Below, in pieces: positions 45,493-62,003 of a stretch of 64,000 nt of DNA (position 1 is its first letter; each line of letters starts with the position of its first letter). Source of the stretch: the human T2T-CHM13v2.0 reference genome, Homo sapiens; NCBI RefSeq assembly GCF_009914755.1, contig NC_060940.1, one strand, 5' to 3'. The translations under genes and the position numbers were made by a program. The notes below the pieces were generated by a model, which searched no databases, was not told the origin of the DNA, and saw nothing but the letters and a program-made list of their open reading frames with translations.

Positions 45493-48400
45493 GTACTTTT
45501 CCCTTCTCACAAATGGCAGTGTACTATATGTAGTGTTCTCTAACTTGGGTTTTTTTTTTTTAAACTTAGTGCAATTTGGAAATCTTTCTACATCAAAATT
45601 TTAAAATCTGCCCTTTCCCTCTTTCTTTTTAACAGCTGCCTAGTATTTCACCGTATGACTGCTCTGTAATTGATCTAACAGTTGTAGAACACTTAGGTTA
45701 TTTCCTGTCTTTTGCTATTTCAACAGTGCTGTAATGAATATCCTTGGTCAGGCATCATTTTTCATACGTGGGAGTGAATCTTTAAGAAAACCAGGAGTGG
45801 ATTTGCAAGGTCAAGGGGAATATGCAGTTTGAACTTGGATAAATAAGGCAAATTATCCCCCCTTAAATGTTGTACTAATTTTTGCTCCCACCAGCTGGAG
45901 GGGGAGGGGCCAAATTTCCATATTTGCAAATCTGGGAGACGAACAATGGTGTGTTTTTTATGCCTCTTATTACGAATGAGTTTGAACATCTTTTCAAATA
46001 TTTAAGAGTCACCTGTAGCTCATTTTCCATAAACTGTCAGTTCATATCCTTTGCCCACTTTTTTATTGGCTTTTGGTCTTTTTCCTGTTGAGTTGTAAAA
46101 GCACTTTTCATGTTAAGGGAATTTGCTCTTTGTCTATTATATGGTTATACTGTCATTTAAAATGGTGGCATAGTTGCTTATAGAATGTCTGAACCATATG
46201 CGTCATTGTTAGATATTTATATTGGGTCTCATTTTCTTGTATTATATATGGGATGTTTTCCCTGTTTTTTGTAAAAAAAAAAAAAAAAGCAAGATATGAC
46301 ATTTTAATTCTTCCAATAGTTCTCACCATAATGGTGAAGGAAAGGAAATACGTTTGGGAAAATACTTCGATAGGATTTGGGGTGGCTGGAACCTGTGTGC
46401 AAAATGGCCAACAGGGACCAGGACCATTTTGGGTGGGAAGAGAGTGCTTTGCATGGTGTATGTGTATGGGGCGGAGGGGCTGTATTTGCTCCTGAAAGAA
46501 AAGGGGGTGGAGGGAGGGGAGAAGAAAGGAAGGAGAGAAGGTGGAGGGAGGTTAGCCACAGAGGGAGATGACTCCCAGAAACTTCTTAGGGGAAGGATGG
46601 CAAAAGGGCATTTTCGGTGAGTCCAGGAATGCCCTCTGCTCCGTGTGAGGCAGGTACCAGCACTGCAGACACCGGCTCTGGCTCACCACCTGCCATCATG
46701 AGTGCATTCAGCTTCTCCACTGAGCTTCCACACACCAGGCCCTGCTCTAGGCACTGGGCTACAGCCGGGAACACAACCAACTCCCTGCCTTGTGGAGCTG
46801 ATGAGGCAGTAGAAACAGACAAACAAGTAAACAAAGATGTGCATGTCATATGAGGTCAGGTGGAAGTGACTGCAGTGAAGAAGGCAAGGCAGGCGAGGGT
46901 GGAGCATGCTGGATAGAGAGGCAGATGTAGCCTTCTTGTAGGGATGTTGGGACATTTGAGAGAGAACTTGAAGGGAGCGTGGCAGGGAACCATGGGCCAT
47001 GGCATCTGGAGGAAGAGGGAACCAGTCAGAGGGGATGGCAAGAAACAAAAAAGTGGGGAGAAGAAGAAAGCAGAGAAGAGGAGAGGAGGGAGAAGAGGAG
47101 AAAATGCTGCTTAAAGTCTGCTTTTGTGCTCCCAGATGCTCATTGTGAATGACATTTTTGCAATTTTTGCAATTTTGTTTTGTAATTTAATAATGGGCTG
47201 GGCTGGGCGCAGTGGCTCACGCCTGTAATTCCAGCACTTTGGGAGGCTGAGATGGGCAGATCACTTGAGGTCTGCAGTTTGAGACCAGCCTGGCCAACAT
47301 GGAGAAGCCCCGTCTCTCCTAAAAATACAAAAATAGCCAGGTGTGGTGGCACGTGACTGTAATCTCAGCTACTCTGGAGGCTGAGGCAGGAGAATCGCTT
47401 GAACCTGAGAGGTGGAGGTTGTAGTGAGTTGAGATCGTGCCATGCTCTCCAGCCTGAGTTACAGAGGGAGACTCGGTCTCAAAAAAAGCAACAAACTGCT
47501 TGAATTAAAGCAGGAGCCCTCAGCTAGAGGAGTGCCCACCCACCTCCTCCCCAGGAATCGCAGAGCTCCCAGGAGAGGCCATAGCCTCCTATAGGTCATG
47601 GCATTGCAGGTGGGTTGGTGTCCCAGCTGGCTGTTTCTGTCTCAAGAAAGGAAGGGCTGCTCCCGCTGACATCCAGGCGTAAGCAACGCCCTGGTGAACA
47701 TCCTCGTAGCTAGAGCTTTGCTCACATTCTGGATGGCTTCCTTAGGCTCAGTCCTCAAAGTGGACTCCTAAAGGGATATATGAACTTTTATTTTTTAAAT
47801 GTTTGAAACCGTGTTGTCAAATTTCTCTCCTAAAAGATTGTGCCAATGTAGAGAGGCTGCCGACCGCTGGAAGCTTCCCAATCCCCCAGCACCTATCCCT
47901 TGTGGGTGGGATGGACCCTGCCTGTACCATCGCCAGACCCTCAAGAACCCCTTGTCCTGCATGGTCCCTTCTGTCCCTCCTGGTGAAATGGAAGGAGCAT
48001 GCATGCCTTGGGAAGCTGGTGCTTTGAGGCATTCAGATCTTACCGTGGCATCATGTTTGAAGAGAGAAATAGCTTGCTGTTTTGTGTGTCTCTCAATAGT
48101 CTTATTCACTGAGTTCTTGAAGGTGTCCTGTGTGTTTCTGGACTGCAGAATCCTTTTATTGAAATGGACAGGTCAGTGTTTTCCCAGAGAAAGACCTATC
48201 CAGTAGGAGTTCACAAGAGGATTTTAGGAGGTATGTGGAGAGGGCATCCGATTCCATTGAATCGTAAAGTGACAAATTTGTTCCCTTTTCAGTTCTTTTT
48301 CATTCTTCCAGACTAGTGAAAGAGAAAGCCTCAGTCAGGTGCTAACGCATCTGTAAACCTCTCACACTCTTGATATTTTCAGCAAGGGGAGGCCAGGCCT

Positions 48401-51225
48401 CCGGTCAGAGCCCTGGGTCTGCAGCAATACCCAGCTACAGTTCAACAGCATCATAGTGTTTTTTGTTTTCCTTGGCTTTCTTTCTTTCTTTTTTTTTCTA
48501 GACAAGGTCTCACTCTGTCACCCAGGCTGGAGTGCACTGGTTGCACAGCTCCGTGCATAGTTTCCTGCAGCCTCTATTTCCCAGGCTCAATCGATCCTCC
48601 TGCCTCAGCCTCCCAAGTAGATGGGACTACAGGTGCGCACCACCACACCTGGCTAATTGTTTTTTGTTTTTATTTTTGATAGAGACGAGGTCTCATTACG
48701 TTGCCCAGGCTGATCTCAAACTCCTGAGCTCAAGCAGTTTTCCTGCCTTAGCCTCCCAAAGTGCTGGGATTACAGGTGTGAGCCTCCATGCCCCACCCTT
48801 GAGTTTCTTTTCGATGATACCTTCAGTTCGTGGCAAGTGGTACTTCAAAAAATAAAGTTAAAAGTGACATGGTTTCTAGAAAAGCTTTAAGGAAATGGTG
48901 TTCTGGCTTTCAGATAAGTCAAAAAAAATCTCAAACATGAGTAAAGAGTTTTGGAAATTATACACTTACCCCTAGAGGGTGAGTTTGTGGGGGAAATTTC
49001 ATAATGTATACTTCCAGAATATTTAGAACTTTCCAAATGAGTACAGGTTATGTTCGTAAACAGGAAAAATAATAAAGACATAATAAAATGATAATTTAGT
49101 TTTAAAAGACGACCATTTGTTGAAAGCAGTATTATATTTCAGTTAGGAAATGGCCTCTGGAATCAGCATAGATTTTATTGTTTTATTTATTTTGTTTTTG
49201 AGACAGTGTCTCACTCTGTTGCCCACACTGGAGTGCAGTAGTGTGATCACAGCCCACTGCAGCCTCAACTTCCTGGGCTCAGGTGATCCTTCTGCCTCAG
49301 CCTCCCAAATAGCTGGGACTATAGGTGCACACCACTATGCCAGGCTAATTTTTTTGCATTTTTTGTAAAGACAGATTTTCACCATGTTGCCCTGGCTGGT
49401 CTCGAACTTCCAGGTTCAAGCAATCTGCCTGTCTCGGCCTCCCAAAGTGTTGGAATTACAGGTGTGAGCCACTGTGCCCGGCCAGCATAGATTTTAAATC
49501 CACCTTTTGTTGCTTGACTTCTTGGAGCCTGTTTCTTCATCTATGAAATGCAGGAAACGTGCCTGGAAATATTGCTTGAGATTCTAATGGGGAGGTGCAG
49601 GTGGAATACTGTAGCCTGATGCCCAGCCTATGCCGGGAACTCAGTACATAACAGCCAATGAGCATTGGCTGCGGACTGGACATGTCCCCTCCTTGTGCTG
49701 TAGTATTAATGTCTCCAACCCTCACAGTGATCCTGTGAAGTAAATGTAAAATCACCACCCAGATGAGGAAAACAGTGGCACAGAGAGGTTAAGAAAACTG
49801 TCCAAGGTTGCACAGCACTAAAATGTTGAAATCAGGATTTAAACCCAGCCCTCCTGACCCCAGAGGATCTTTTTTCAAAAATTATGTTCTTTTATTTTAT
49901 TTCGAGATGGGGGTCTTTCACAGTCACCCAGGCTGGAGTGCAGTCACAATATCACGGCTTACTGCGCCTCAACCTCCCAGGCTCAAGTGATCCTCCCACC
50001 TCTGTCCCCCAACCCCCAGTTGCTTAGGAGCACAGGCACACGACACCATGCCTGGCTAATTTTTGTACTTTTTGTAGAGATGGGGTTTCTCCATGTTGCC
50101 CAGGCTGGTCTCAAACTACTGGGCTCAAGCGATCCTCCTGCTTCAGCCTCCCAAAGTACTGGGATCACAGGTGTGAGCCACTATGCCCAGCATTAGAGGC
50201 TCTTTTAACAGCTCCACAATTCCCTGTGAGATGGGCTGCATACAAAGCATTACTCCTGCTTGACATATACACAAACCATGGCCCAAAGGGAGCTGGGACT
50301 TGTCCGGATGTCAGCCTCTAAGTCAGTTTTGGGTCAGTGAGACCCAAAACCAAGGCTCTAGCCGTCTAGCCCCTCCAACCTTTCTTCTGCCCCAGTTTTA
50401 TGGGTTTGGCAATGTCTGCCAGGATGGGAGGGAGCAGTTCAGATGATCCAGTCTGGAGGCAAAATTCTGCTAAATTCAAAGGGCCCAGCCTCAAGTCACT
50501 GATGTCTTTTTTTTTTTTTTTTTACTTTAAAAAAATGTATTCATTCTAAACCACACAAGTAAGACACGAATCAGTCTTCCTTGCAGAAAGTTAAACTTTT
50601 TATACATAAAGCTGATATCTATTTTACTCACTGCTTCCAGCCCCATGCCTGTCCCCTCTCCTGCAGTAACCCCTATTTGATATGTTTCCAGAACTTTATC
50701 TAAACCTTCACATAATAAAAATAATTCTTATATAGGGCTTACTAACTTCCAAGCACTGCTTTAAGAGCTTTACATATTTAAGCCCCACAATAACTCTGTG
50801 AGGTAGGTGCTGCTCTTATCCCCATTTTACAGATGAGAACATTGAGGCCCAGAGAGGCTATGTAACTGGCCTGGCGTCACCCAGCCTGCAGTTGGTGGAA
50901 AGGTCAGTCCCAAATCTAGGCAGCCTTGCTCCGAAATTCATGCTCTTAGCCTCTAAGTTATAAAACATGCTATTATCGACCTGTGGGAAGAAACAGTATT
51001 GCTGTTTGTTGATGTGTATTTTGAGACAAGTGATATCATGTTGTGCATATCATTATACAATGTGTCTTGTTTATTCCATGATACATCTTGAAGATACAGC
51101 CACGTCAACAAAAAATAAGTCCCTTTCCTGTACATAATCCCACAGCGTGGTTACACCAAACTTTATTATGGCTGTCTAGGGTGTTTAAAGACCGCTGCTG
51201 GAATTTCTTTATCCAAGACTCTGTG

Positions 51226-51591
51226 TGTCTTAGCCCATTGGGGCTGCTGTAACAAAGTGCCAGAGACTGGCTGGATTCTAAACAATAGAAATTTATTTCT
51301 CACAGTTCTGGAGACTAAAGTCTGAGATCAGAGTGCCAGCATGGTCGGGTTCTGGCAAGAGCCCTTTTCCGGGTTGCCGATGGCGGACTTTTCATTGTAT
51401 CCTCACATGGTGCAAAGCAGGCTAGAGCATTCTCTTGGGTCTCTTTTATAAGGGCATCAATCCCATTCACTACGGCTCCTCCCTCCTGACCTAATTACCT
51501 CCCCCAGACCCCAGCTCCTAATACCCTCCTATTAGGGGTTAGAGTTTCAACATGTGAATTTCAGGGGAGCACAAATATTCAGTCGATCACA
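51226..51591 (-). mobile_element. MLT1A-like LTR
   Basis: TGTCTTAG...GCTGCTGTAACAAAG...TTTATTTCTCACAGTTCTGGAG...TTTCAACATGTGAATTT. Confidence 0.78.
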
Positions 51592-53904
51592 TTGTGTATT
51601 CTGGGCCCCAAGGCTGTCCATTTTGCTTTCTGCTGAGAAGTTTAGTGGTAAGGTCAAAGGGTAGAAGCGCAGTAAGATCTAGAAGTCACTGCTGATTTGC
51701 CCTACAAGATGGGCAAACCACTTCCCAGCCTGCAGCTCTGAGCCCTGGATCCAGGCCTTCTCTCCTTTATGTCTCGAGCTTACTCTGTCCCCTGCCTTAC
51801 TTACCAAACCAAAGCAAGACTCCTCTGGGACATTCCTGCCAGGCCCCATGGCAAGGTTGGAGCTGAGGAGGGGACTTCCAAACCTTGGTTTTATTTTCAC
51901 TTTGGCTTGGGTGTGCCAAGCCCTGGCAGAGCCACAGAGTTGGGGCACGAGGTGCCAAGAAACAGCTCCCAGTCTGAGGAAGGTGCTCTGCCCTGGGAAG
52001 GGGATAGAGCTGAGTGTTGGTTATGGGGAGACATCCTCAAGGTCTCCATCTAAATATGGTCAACTTGGTGGCCTTCCTGTCCCCAGGGCCTTTGGGGCTC
52101 TCAGAGGACAAGAATCACTCAGCTCTGATTTGCTGGAGAAGCAGAGCCCCAGGTGGGAGGTAGCGAGGAGCCTGTCTCTCCCCACTGGGAGTGGAGAGCT
52201 GGGTGCCACAGCCTCAAACAGTTGTTCCCAGACATCGGCACATGGGGAACCCCCCGGGAGCTTCCAAAAGTGCCAGTGCCTGCGTTCTACCTCCTGGGAT
52301 GGTGCTGTGATGGGTCTGGAGTGTGGCCCATTGGGATTTTTTAAAGACCCTCTTCCCAGGTGATGCCGTCGTGCAGACAAGCATGGGAACCACTGGCCTG
52401 GAAGCCCCAGGGAGAGGCCTCTGGGGCCCGGGACACGCAAGCGGGAGCCTTCTCCTAGCAGCCTTGCTAGCCACCCACCCCTTCCTGTGGGTGCTAGACC
52501 CAAACTGCCAGGGCTGAGCAGGAGAAGCAAGGCCACCAGCTGGCCACCTGCTGTCCCAGCCAGGCTCAGGCTGGCAGTAGGGCACCCCAGTCCTGGAGGA
52601 GGGTGCATCTGGAAAGCTTGGGGGCTCTTGGTGGAAAGTTCAAGCCTTTAGCATAGGAAGGTGGCTGGGGTGAAGGAGGCAGTTTAAAGACTAGTGATGT
52701 GGGCTGGGACCCAGATTGCTGGGTTTCCAATGACCAGAAGAAGATGGCCTTGTTGGACTGGGGACAGGGACCACCCAGGCTCAGGCCTGAGGCTGGGAGT
52801 GCAGGCATGAATTTGAGTGCAGGCTCAGGAACATCCCCAGGGCCGCCAGGCAGGGAGACACCTCTTCAACTCCTGGCTCCTCGACTCTAGCTGGTGACCT
52901 AGGCAGGTCCCTTTCCCACTGTGAGCCTCAATTTCCTCATGTGTAAAGCATCATGACTGTGTGTTTTAAGTCCTTTAGGGCCCTATCTTTGTGAGGGACA
53001 ACAGAGACGATGGTTTTCACAGGCAACAGTCACCCCTGCATCATTACTGATTCACAGAAATGGATATGCCCTATAAGGACATCTCTTGCTTGCCCTGCCA
53101 GCATTTGTGGGCGGGGGAGGAAATGGCCACTAACCATTCCTGAAGGCACCTCCCAAGGGACCCCTGAAAGGAGGGTGACGCCTCCCAGAAAGAGACCAGT
53201 GGCCCAGCCCAGCCCTGCTCTTAGTTTTGTTTCCTCTGCTTTGAATGCCAGCAAGGCCTTTCCCTCCCAGGGCCTCAGTTTCCCCATCTTTACAATGGGC
53301 ACAGCATAGACCCCATCACTGGGGCTCTTTCTGCTCTGCCACCCTGTGCATCCAGGCTCAGGTGTTATCCGAAGCCCTGACATCATCAGCCATTCCCGGG
53401 GGGAAGGCAGAGGCGCTGGGTTCTCTGTGTCCCCCTGGTAGGGCTTGGTGTAGGATTCAGGGAGGATTGGAGGGCCTCTGTGGCCTCAGGTCCTCCCCCA
53501 GGGTCCCCAGGCCCTGACCTGTCCACCTGGACCTAAAGAACCAACAACAGCAGCACTTTCTGTTTCTTTGAGGTATTTCTGTCCAAATGTCTGTAGTCAT
53601 GACTGGGGTGCCTGGCTATCACCCCACAAACTGCATCCTTTCTGATCTGCACAGATGAGAAAACTGAGGTCTTGTTTCCCCTCCATCCCAAGACCTAATG
53701 GGACCTCCTCCTTAATCTAATCCTCAAGAGGCAGAAACAGGATGGAAAGCAAAGGAATGGCAGCCAGAAGTCTGTGGCTCCACTCCTGTCCTCTCTGCAT
53801 CCCTCACTTCCTTCCTTACACCAGGCGTCAGGGGCTGGAGAGACGGAAGAAGCGATAGCAACGACAACCACACTAGTGGTAATCATAGCTTGTGTGGATT
53901 GAAC

Positions 53905-55330
<1,426 letters not shown>

Positions 55331-58127
55331 GTCTCCCTTTTCTCCACATAGATTGAGGTGTTTGTTTGTTTGTTTGTTTGTTTGTTTGTTTGGAGATGAA
55401 GTCTCGCTCTGTCGCCCAGACTGGAGTGCAGTGGCGTGATCTCAGCTCACTGCCGCCTCCGTCTCTTGGGTTCAAGCTATTCTCCCACCTCAGCCTGGGA
55501 TTACAGGCGCCTGCCACCACGCCTGGCTAATTTTTTTTATTTTAAGTAGAGACGAGGTTTCCTCATGTTGCCCAGGCTGCTCTCAAACTCCGGACCTCAG
55601 GTGATCTGCCTGCCTCAGCCTTCCAAAGTGCTGGGATTACAGGCTTGAGCCACCATGCCCAGCCTGGATTGAGTTTGTATCATGTGCCAGGTTCCATGTC
55701 AGGGATTCCACATGCCCCATCCCACAACCATCTTGCCAGGTGGGCATTATGATGACCCCCCATAGCAGACACTGTCAGAGCTCCCCCAACCCCATCTCTG
55801 CCCGGATGCCCCCACTCACTGTGGGTGACACCTGCATCCTTCTTCCGGGGTCGCCTTTGCCTGGTGGGCATTGCCTTGCTCAGAGATGCCTGGGCAGTCA
55901 TGCCTCCCTCCCCCGCCCACTGGGGGTGCAGTGACGTGAAGTGTGACCGACCACCCAGACCCCTTGCACATGCGCAGGATGGACCTCTTCTATCATCACG
56001 CTCCAGTTCTCCCATGTGGCAGGCTGAAGCGAGGCTTTTGAAACCATATCTTTGCTCAGCTGCCTCTGCTACCCTATCTTTCTTCCACCACCCCCTCAAT
56101 AAACAACTTCCACAGGAACCCCCTTGGGCTCTGCTTCTAGGGACCTGACCTAGAAGATCCTCATTTTACAGATGAGGACGCTGAGGTACGAAGAGGCTGC
56201 GTAACCTACCAGGGTCACACAGCTTTGGTGTGGAGTAGGGACTCAAATCCAGGGCCCTGGTACGGAAGCATTTGCCCTCACCAAGATTCAGGCACTGAGA
56301 GAAGCCGACGGGCCTAGAGAATGGCAAGACTTGAGATAGCAGAAGGAAGGAGAGAGGGTGAGAAATGGATCCCCGTGCTGAGGTCTGGTCTGGAAGGAGA
56401 AGTCTGCAAGGTAGGAAAAAGAGGAAAGGGGACGTGAGGTAGGGAAGCAGGATGTGCAAGGCGGGGACTTGTGAAAGAGAATGCCGGGGGGTGGTGAGCA
56501 GCATCTCATGGGCAGGTCAGCAGGTGCAGGAGAGGCCTAGGAGGGCCGGGGACTGGATGATGAAGGGGCATTTGTTTATTTATCCTTTGTTTTTGTTTTT
56601 TGTTGTTTAAATTGAGACCAGCTCTCACAATGTTGCCCAGGCTCGTCTCGCCAACTGTCTGCCCACTCCTGGCCTCAAACGATCTTCCTGCCTCAGCCTC
56701 CAAAAGTGTTGGGATTACAGGCATAAGCCAATGTTTATTCGTCCTGAGCCTTCCCTGGACACCTGATATGTAGCTGCTTTGTGGTGGTCACAGTTCCATG
56801 GTGTGACTTTATCCTGGAGGCAGTGGGATGCTGATAGCAAGTTCAGACAGGCATGAGGCCAGACCAGAGCTGAGTTTTCAAGATAACTCCAGCCAGAGGT
56901 ATGCGTGCATGTGCACATGTGGGTACATGTATGTGTGTGCACGTGCATGTGTGTATGAGTGTGGACTAGAGATGGAATGGCTTTCTGAGCAAAGGGAACA
57001 GCCAAGGCAAAGGCCTGTGGGCTGCAGGGAGAGAACAAGGTTTGATCTCTGCACTCCCTCCTCTAAGCTCTGTGTCAACAGCATTTTCAGGACAGCAGGA
57101 AGGATTCCCAAAGAGCACAGCAGCGAGGGCAGTTGGAGGGAGGCGTCTGCTGGGACACTGAAACCAGGGTGGGGTAAACTCCCCTCGCACCTCCTCAGAC
57201 TCAGAGCCCCCATAAATCTTCCAGGTGCACCCCAGCCCTTTTCCCTCTCTCTGTCTGAACTGGGGTGGCATGATCCCAGGACTGCAACTCCACGTGTCTG
57301 GATTCCCCTTACTGACTGCGTGACCCTGGCCATTTTCCCTCCACCTTTCTCTCAGCGCCCCCATTTGATTACTCGGCCTCAGGGGTGCACTGGGGATTCT
57401 TAGAGGTAACACTTCGAACGGAAAGCCAGAGGTCCTGGTGCCAAAATGCAAATGTGAGGGCTTGAAAGTTCATCGGGTTTTATTTTCTCTGTTCCGTTTG
57501 CAGTAGCTCTTCTTTCTTGTTTTCTATAGAACAGTAAAAAACTTTATGCATTTGAATATCGTGAACCTTGTAATTCATATGCAATATAAAAACTACTAGC
57601 TATGCATGGAGAAATCAATTGAAGAACAGTGGCTTAGCATGTCTTTCTCATTCTTTGATGGCTACCTCAAATCAAATCAATATGAACTTGGGGTCAGGCA
57701 TGGTGGCTCACACCTGTAATCCCAACACTTGGGGAGGCCAAGGCAGGAGGATCACTTGAGCGCAGGAATTTGAGACTAGCTTGGGCAACATAGCGGGACC
57801 TCATCTTAATATTAAAAAAAAAAAAAGAGAAAGAAAAAAAGTGAACTTGGGAGGTTTGAATGACAACTCGTATAGCTGAAGTAATAGATATATTCAACTT
57901 TTAAAACTTAATTTTCATTAGATAACACATGCATATGGTATAACATTCTAGGCCAGGTGCAGTGGCTCACATCTGTAATCCCAGCACTTTGGGAGGCCAA
58001 GGTGGGCAGATTGCTTGAGCCCAGGAGTTGAAGTCTAGCTTGGGCAAGATGGCAAAACCCCATCTCTGCAAAAAACACAAAAAATTAGCTAGGTGTGGTG
58101 GTGTGCACTTGTAGTCCCAGCTACTCA

Positions 58128-58259
<132 letters not shown>

Positions 58260-58722
58260 TCACTGGGGACAATTACCTTTATGAATTTCTTCCAGAAATA
58301 TTAATGTATTTGTATACACATTTTTTTTTGAGACAGGGTCTCACTCTGTCACCCAGGCTGGAGTGCAGGGATGCAATCTTGGCTCACTGCAGCCTGGATA
58401 CCCCCAGGCTCAAGCAATCCTCCCACCTCAACCTTGCGGGTAGCTTGGACAACATGTGTGCACCACCACTCCTGGCTAATTTTTGTATTTTTTGTCAAGA
58501 TGGGGTTTTGCCATGTTACCCAGGCTCGTCTCAAACTCCTGACCTCAAGTGATCTGCCCGCCTTTGCCCCTCAAAGTGCTGGGATTACAGGCATGAGCCA
58601 CCATATTTATTTTTTCTTTACACAAAGGAAGCATATTCTACACCCTGTTTTGCCCCGGCTCTCTTTTAAAAAACAGTGTATCTTGGATACCATTCCATAT
58701 CATTCCATAAAGTTCATCTTCA

Positions 58723-58754
<32 letters not shown>

Positions 58755-59205
58755 GAGACAGGGTTTCACTCTGTCGCCCAGGCTGGGGTGCAGTGGCACT
58801 ATCTCAGCTTACCTCAACCTCCCGGGCTCAAGTGATCCTCCCACCTCAGCCTCCTGAGTGGCTGGATGCTGCTTCTTTCTTTTTGATGGCTGCAAAGAAT
58901 TCCATTGTATAGATGTGCCATAATTTAATCATAATATGTCCTCTTTGATCATTTAGGTTTTTCCAATCTTTTGCTATTACAAGCAAGGCCACGTTAAATA
59001 TCCCTGGGCATATTATTTTGCACATTATGAAGATATCTGTAGGCTAAATACCTGTGTATGGAATTGCTCAGTGTGATTACATGGCATTTACCACTTTGGT
59101 AGATAAAGGTTGTATCCTGTTACATGTCCACGGATGAATTTCTTCCAGAAATATTCATGTATTTGTATACACATTTTTTGAGACAGGGTCACAAAACCGT
59201 TAACA

Positions 59206-59206
<1 letters not shown>

Positions 59207-59248
<42 letters not shown>
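59207..59248. repeat. (ATT)14 microsatellite
   Basis: Counted directly. Confidence 0.9.
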
Positions 59249-59586
59249 TCACATTATTTAGGGAAGTTTCATTTTTTTGTGAGCTATCACTGATAATTTC
59301 TTATTTACTCATCATCTTGTATTTCTCTTCCTTGCACATTGGGGAAATGTCTATTCTAGTTTTTAATGTAAATGTTCTTGTGGCTTTTTTAGAAAAAATC
59401 AAAATGTGCACATTAAAAAGTTTGAATGGTTCAAAAGGTCCTAAAAAGGGTCCACAGTGGAAAAGGCTCTCCTTTCCCAGCAGGCCCAGATCCCTCCTCA
59501 GACACAAGCCTGTCGTCAGTTTCCTGTGTAGCTTCCCAGAGTTGGTCACTATGTATGCAAATACACACACATTTAAAATATACACA
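59244..59586 (+). repeat. Local direct repeat, copy 1 (~345 bp; copy 2 at 63086-63430)
   Basis: Near-identical segments; both give the ORF motif [19 protein letters not shown]. Confidence 0.93.
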
Positions 59587-59766
59587 CTCCACGTCCACGT
59601 GGAATGATGCAAAGCATCTAAGTGCCCGTTAATTCACAACCTTGCCAACTCAGTAATATCCTTGCGAATCTAATAGCTAGAAAATGGTGTATCTTTTTAG
59701 TTCTAATGTATTATATTTATTCTATTTTCTGTGAGCTTGAACATCTTTTCATATATTTAAAAGTCA

Positions 59767-59910
<144 letters not shown>

Positions 59911-59917
59911 TTAATCA

Positions 59918-60070
<153 letters not shown>

Positions 60071-61672
60071 TTAAATGTCATTGGTGTTTCCCTTTTTTGT
60101 AAACCTTTTATGTTCTTTGCCTAGTTTTCTATGAGGTCATTGGCTTTTTCAGTGTTGGTTTTTAGTAACTCTCGATTTATTAAAACATTTATACATTTAT
60201 AGCTTTGTTTATGATGTATACATTTATAACCTTGTCTGTGATGCAGATATTTTTCCAATTTGTCATCTGGCTTTTGACCTTATCTGTGGTATTCTTTGAC
60301 AATACAAAAATTTTAATTTATATCTGATCAGTTTCATCCAGTTGTTTTTTTCTTTTTTCATGATTTCTGAGTTTTGTGTCATGCTTAGCAAGATGCTCTC
60401 TACTCTGAAATTATTTTCTGTAAAATATTTTTTTCAGCCAGGCATAGTGGCTCACACCTGCAATCCCAGAACTTTGGGAGGTAGAGGTGGAAGGATTATT
60501 TGAGTCCAGGAGTTCAAGGCCAGCCTGGGCAACAGAGCAAGACCCCGCCTCTATTTTTTAAAAGAGAAATTTTTTTAAAATACTTTTTCCCATGTTTTGT
60601 TTGAGCACTTACATTTTCTTAACTTTTTTGTCGTGAAACATAACACATAGAAAAATGTAATGTAAGTGTACAACTTCATGAATTGTTATAAATTGAACAT
60701 ATAGCTTTCTGGTACTTTCATGGTTTAACTTCTTACATTTAAATTTTGGTTTCATCTAGACTTTATTTTGATATAATTGTGAAATAGAAATCCATTTTTA
60801 TTCTAAAAGAACACTTTTTAAATGTTCATGAAATGTTTTAAAATTTATTATATACCAAGCAAGAAAAAAATCTCAACATAGTCCTCAAAGCAGAAATTGC
60901 ACAGGACTTATTCTTTGTACAGTGTAATGCACAAAAACTAATAAGAAAGCCTTAAAAACAACCCTTTATTAAATTACTCCATTCCAAATTATAATTTCAA
61001 TCTACTTAGCACATAAGTATTGATATACATTTATCGAAATTGGCCAAAAGTGTTTTATTATTTTTAAAAGAAAAAGCCTAGCAATGGCTTAAGCAATAAA
61101 GTTTTTAATTTTAAAGAATAACAAACAGCCTCACTAAATCAGAGGAAAGAAATAAAAAGATAAAAGCAAAAATTACAGAACTAGAAAAGGGACCATTCCA
61201 GCAAAATTGATAAATGAAAACAAAAATTTGTTTTTCAAACATAAGAGTTACCAACGGCTGGTGAATCTAAAAAGAAGAAAAAACAAAGTAAACTAAATTA
61301 AATGTGAAGCCATGAAGAGATTTAAAATTATAAGAAAATAGGCCGTGCACGGTGGCTCACGCCTGTAATCCCAGCACTTTGGGAGGCCGAGGTGGGTGGA
61401 TCATGAGGTCAGGAGCTTGAGACCCGCCTGGCCAACATGGTGAAACCCCGTCTCTACCAAAAATACAAAAATTAGCTGGCTGTGGTAGCATGAGCCTGTA
61501 GTCCCAGCTACTTAGGAGGCTGAGGCGGGAGAATCACTTGAACCCAAGAGGTGGAGGTTGCAGTGAGCCGAGACCTTGCCATTGCTCTCCAGCCTGGGTG
61601 GCAGAGTGAGATTCCGTCTCAAAAAATAAATAAATAAATAAAGCTGGGCGCAGTGGCTCATGCCTCTAATCA

Positions 61673-62003
<331 letters not shown>

